This document shows, in pieces, positions 59,998-64,000 of a stretch of DNA of 64,000 bases. Position 1 is the stretch's first letter, and each line of letters begins with the position of its first letter. The notes beneath the pieces were generated by a model. That model worked only from the letters and a program-made list of their open reading frames with translations. It had not been told where the DNA came from and ran no database searches. The stretch covers positions 2,666,001 through 2,730,000 of the forward strand of contig OZ024746.1 of assembly GCA_964016885.1 (NCBI GenBank), in the 5' to 3' direction. Both the position numbers and the translations under genes were made by a program. The DNA is from Eledone cirrhosa (Eukaryota).

Positions 59998-60211
59998 CCC
60001 TCCCTAACACCAATCCTTAGTTACCTCCAGTCCTACAGCTGGATGCCCTCCCTAACACCAATCCTTAGTTACCTCCAGTCCTACAGCTGGATGTCCTCCC
60101 TAACACCAATCCTTAGTTACCTCCAGTCCTACAGCTGGATGCCCTCCCTAACACCAATCCTTAGTTACCTCCAGTCCTACAGCTGGATGTCCTCCCTAAC
60201 ACCAATCCTTT
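59998..60211. repeat. 48-bp minisatellite derived from an RTE 3'UTR motif, about 4.4 copies
   Basis: CCCTCCCTAACACCAATCCTTAGTTACCTCCAGTCCTACAGCTGGATG. Confidence 0.92.
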
Positions 60212-60239
60212 TAGTTGCCTCTTGTCCTACAAAAATTAT

Positions 60240-60570
60240 GGATGTGACATGTCTGAATGATTAAGAGTTCACTTCACAATTATTAAATGCCAGGTTCAAT
60301 CCCACTGCATGGCATCTTGGGCAAGTGTGATTTGCAATAGCCACTGGTTAACCCATACTTTGTGGGTGAAATTGGGTAGATGGAAATTATTTGGAAGTCT
60401 GTTTCATGTTAAATGGACTGCAATTCACTAAGCCTAACATTGTCATGGACTGTGTCATGCTGAATCTCCCTGAGAATCATGTTATGGGTACATGTTTCTG
60501 TAAAATGCTCAGTCATTTACATGTTAATTTGATGAGCGAAACAACTGAAATACTCATCGTCGAAACTGGT
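60240..60570 (+). mobile_element. SINE family C
   Basis: GGTTCAATCCC B-box, CTTGGGCAAGTG core, homologous to 33645-33990. Confidence 0.72.
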
Positions 60571-61599
60571 GAAGGTCCGTTCCTACAAAAATGACGCTGC
60601 TGCTTTGTGAGTTGAAGATATTTTAATAGCCAATTATTTCTAACATTTTTTCTTTACTGGCATCAGAAGTTCAGAAATGTTTGTTTATTTATTCCAACTT
60701 CAGTGTTTAAGACCAAAACATGTCAGAACTTGTTTCCTATACTTCCCATGGAAAATGAAAATAAATTGACTTCTATTTTGTTTTTTCCTCGTCACATATC
60801 TTGTTAGGTTTTATAATACTCCATCTATTAAGTTAACACTATCAACTTAACTGGTTTCACTCAGACTATAGCAATGCTGCGGCCCTGTTGTAAATGGATT
60901 TAGTCGATCATATGAACCCCAATACTATTTTATTTCACATCTGATATATATTTTATCAATGTTCTTTCTTAAATCAATGCTTACAAAGAATAAACAGTGA
61001 TACATACACATGTAACATACCTCTGCAGTTTCTCTCTATTACTTTCCGCTTACAAAGCATTGGTTAACCTGAGTCTATAGGTGCTATGGGGTGGAAGTGA
61101 ACTCCCACATAGTTGCAAAGTCTTAACCATACAGTCATTCCTGCATCAATGTGTTTGTTTATCTGAAATGTGTAATATGCAGAATAGAGCAGGAGAAATT
61201 ATATACATGTTTTAATCACTCAGTCATGAAGAACAGTGCCCATGACCTTTTCCAGGGGCCTCCAAGATTGTTTTTGACTTTCAAATTTCATATCTACAAA
61301 ACAAGCTAAATAGAATTTTCAACAATGAATTGAAATTAAAAAAAAGAGTGACTGTTTTTCTGACAGCATCTAGTTAATGTCAAACAGTTGTTTACTGAAG
61401 CAAGCTAATATTACAAGGGACATGTAATGTAATTTTGGGGAAATGTGGAACATTTAATTTGAATCTAGATTGCTTGAATTTCTGGACGAAATTTGAATTT
61501 TTCTATTTTTCTTTTTATTATTTCTCTCACTTTTTTCAAAAATTGAAGATATTTTGCTATTTTTCCCACTGCGAACTTGAAATGTGAAGAATTTTTCAA

Positions 61600-61725
61600 T
61601 TATAATATTCTCAACTTCAAAATATGTTTCTTTTTTAGTGAAGCAATTATCTGCTCTCTCTGAAGATATGAAAAATACAGTGTTGACTAACATAGACTTG
61701 ATGTTGTTTATAAAGTACAATAAAA
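61600..61725 (+). pseudogene. Possible hAT transposase C-terminal dimerisation-domain relic
   Basis: Across frameshifts: STS...FFSEA...NIDLMLFIKYNK resembles the hAT C-terminal motif. Confidence 0.3.
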
Positions 61726-62358
61726 GATATTTAACAAAAAAGAAACGAATGTCTTGGCCATTGGGGAAAAACTTTAACTGAAATTATCCACTTAAATGAT
61801 ATTAATGTGCTGTTTTCAATTTTGGAAAAGTGTGATTATAGTGAAAACAGTGTTTTCTTTTTCTTTTCTATTCTCAACCCTGGTTTTGTTTTCTCTCCCA
61901 TTCACTCCTGAAAGATTATAAATTTCACATCAATATCTGATGAGGTATTTTGGTGACCCCAAAAGACCTTTCTCAATTTAACTCTAGAAAAAGATAATAG
62001 CTAATGTTAATAAAAAGAAAAAAGAAAAAGAAAACTGTTGTATGTAATAGATATTTTAGAACATTTAATGTACACTTATCTGAGTTAAAAATAAATCAAT
62101 GTTAATTGATATTAGTGTTAAGAGGAGAATGACTTAAAGTTGGCAAGGAAATGTGACCAATTTGTTGAGAGCAAAGGAAATCGAGATGCACTCAATAATC
62201 TAAAATAACTTTTAAATATAACTCAGTTATCAAAACTATTTTATGGTTTCCTTGTCTCTTTTTATTTATTTTTGTAAAATATGGATATTGGGCATTAGGT
62301 TTGTACTATTTCTGTCTACAATTATTATCATGAAATGTGACTGGAAACCATCTTCATC

Positions 62359-62694
62359 TACTCTCAGGTTCTAAATAATAAGTGGGGGAGGTTGGAATAA
62401 GTGGGGGAGGTTGGAAAATCGGTAATTTTTCTAGGTTGTCTCTGTTGCTTTTAAAAAAAAAACAGAATTAGTCGTTTAGTTTACATATTGAGACACCAAC
62501 CCATCCTATTTATTTTATAACGTATTTCTTCACTTAACATAAAATTTCGCCTGAGATAGATTAGCAAAATTTAATAAGCAAGTGGTGGTGGTGGTAGGGG
62601 GTGGGTGGGGTGAAGAAGAGTTGGGCAGGGTGAAAAAAAACTGAAAAATTAATAAGCAGGGAGAGGGGGAGATTATTGGAGAACTGAGAAAATA
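62359..62694. mobile_element. Decayed MITE with imperfect TIRs
   Basis: TACTCTCAGGTTCTAAATAAT vs ATTATTGGAGAACTGAGAAAATA; internal AATAAG-G-rich subterminal repeats. Confidence 0.45.
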
Positions 62695-63369
62695 GATAAA
62701 GGCTGATGTTCCTTGCTTGGATACATGACAGAGGATGTAGTAACATTTAAACTTATTATGGTGAATAACTTAATATCTTATCAGCTAACATATTTCATCA
62801 CTTTTATTTTTCATTTCAGTTTAATTTTTCTATGGAAGTATATAAAATGTATACATTATACATGCTTCGACAATTCATGCCACTTTATTTTGTGCATGTA
62901 AACATACACAATCTTGTTGTAAAAGTTGTTCTGGGTTAAAACTGATGTTAATGAGAGAAAAAGTGGAGTTTTGAAATATCCCTTTCTCAGAATCTCCTCA
63001 AACCCACTCATAGCAGATTTGTGTTCACTTATTTAGGCATATATACTCTTCATAAACACTGTGTTATATATAGAAGATAGTGGCATTTTGACAAAAAGAA
63101 ACCCAGATTAATCATTACACTGTACAGCTTATGACATAATCTGTTTTGTATATGAAAATTGTTTTGGATAATATCCAAACATGTAACCTTGACTGGACTG
63201 ATATCATTTCAATCTCCTTAAAATCACCCCTGGCCCTTTATGATCATAAATCTTCTAAGAAATTTAGTCAAGAATTCTTCCATTTCAGGGTCTACAAAAT
63301 TAGATATTTGTTTGAATTATTGTTTTGGTGTTTACATGTATATTGTCCCCACCTTCAGTCACCAGTGCC

Positions 63370-63560
63370 AGACCTAGACTCTAAACAAAACCTCACTATG
63401 TGTGAGAAGAGAAGCCTCCAGGGAGCAGCTAACAAAACTACAGAAGGGACCAGATCAGAAATGAAGACATCAGGTAGTTGGTATCATATCTATCAACTCA
63501 GTATTAAATAAAATGGTTTGGTCACCTGATAAGAATACTAAATTGTGAACCCAGCCTGCA
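63370..63560 (+). mobile_element. Highly decayed RTE C-terminal fragment
   Basis: RRDQIRNEDIR and IKWFGHLIR motifs in shifted frames. Confidence 0.6.
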
Positions 63561-63908
63561 GACATGCTTCACACCCACAGCATGACACTACAACAGGCCT
63601 TTCACTTTACTGCAGATCACCAGCTTTATATCTCCACAATACCTTCCTAGTAAAAGCATCATAACCTCCACCCTCCTCTAATACCTTTAATAAGAATCCA
63701 TTACCTATTTTCCAGCTGTCAGTAATATTTGATTTTCCAAAAACAAGTTTTTTTTTATAAGAGAATATGAAAATACTGAACCATATATCTAATTTGATTT
63801 ATAACCTACAGCAGTTTATATAAATATTGGCTTCCAGAGCTAGTTGAAGAGAATTGGTGCAGCTTCGGCTCTCTCTCACTCAATATAATAATGTGGCTTT
63901 TTTTTACA

Positions 63909-63909
<1 letters not shown>

Positions 63910-63940
<31 letters not shown>

Positions 63941-63985
63941 TTTACATCTGCTTTTCCCTGCTTGCAAGGGTGGACATTACAAATA
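63910..63985 (-). mobile_element. RTE 3' tail tip with (CAT)n
   Basis: (CAT)n TTTACATCTGCTTTTCCCTGCTTGCAAGGGTGGAC. Confidence 0.6.
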
Positions 63986-64000
63986 CAAACCCATTACTCA

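Noticed and set aside
61938-61975. CUGAUGA followed by a hairpin
   Set aside because: The hairpin is followed by UUUC, not GAAA.

Overview
Eukaryotic, AT-rich, repeat-dominated DNA that is intronic or intergenic. The repeat repertoire (tRNA-derived SINEs with a Nin/Deu-like core, RTE LINEs, dense CA/TA/CT microsatellites) suggests a coleoid cephalopod such as Octopus; this is inference. I recognise no host protein-coding gene, and nearly all long ORFs in the track are translations of micro- or minisatellites. Real coding remnants are RTE LINE fragments (36.5, 50.2, 58.3, 19.7, 30.0, 63.4 kb) and a CRE-like REL endonuclease fragment (57.1 kb). Bases 1-3143 recur apparently identically at 11364-14506. 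The most notable signal is a set of short non-coding elements, several with inverted arms and most next to (TA)n tracts, that carry minimal type I hammerhead ribozyme motifs. Clear cases are at 16.2, 35.9 and 53.0/53.2 kb; a U3-A8 core variant is at 30.5 kb; decayed cases are at 36.3, 38.5 and 45.2 kb. They resemble non-autonomous Penelope-like or retrozyme-like retroelements. Other mechanistic traces include a twin-priming-type 5'-inverted RTE with a TSD, a SINE-head/CRE-tail chimera, an RTE flanked by an inverted rather than direct repeat, and a 36-bp templated insertion in a piggyBac-type MITE. All alignments and folds were done by eye.
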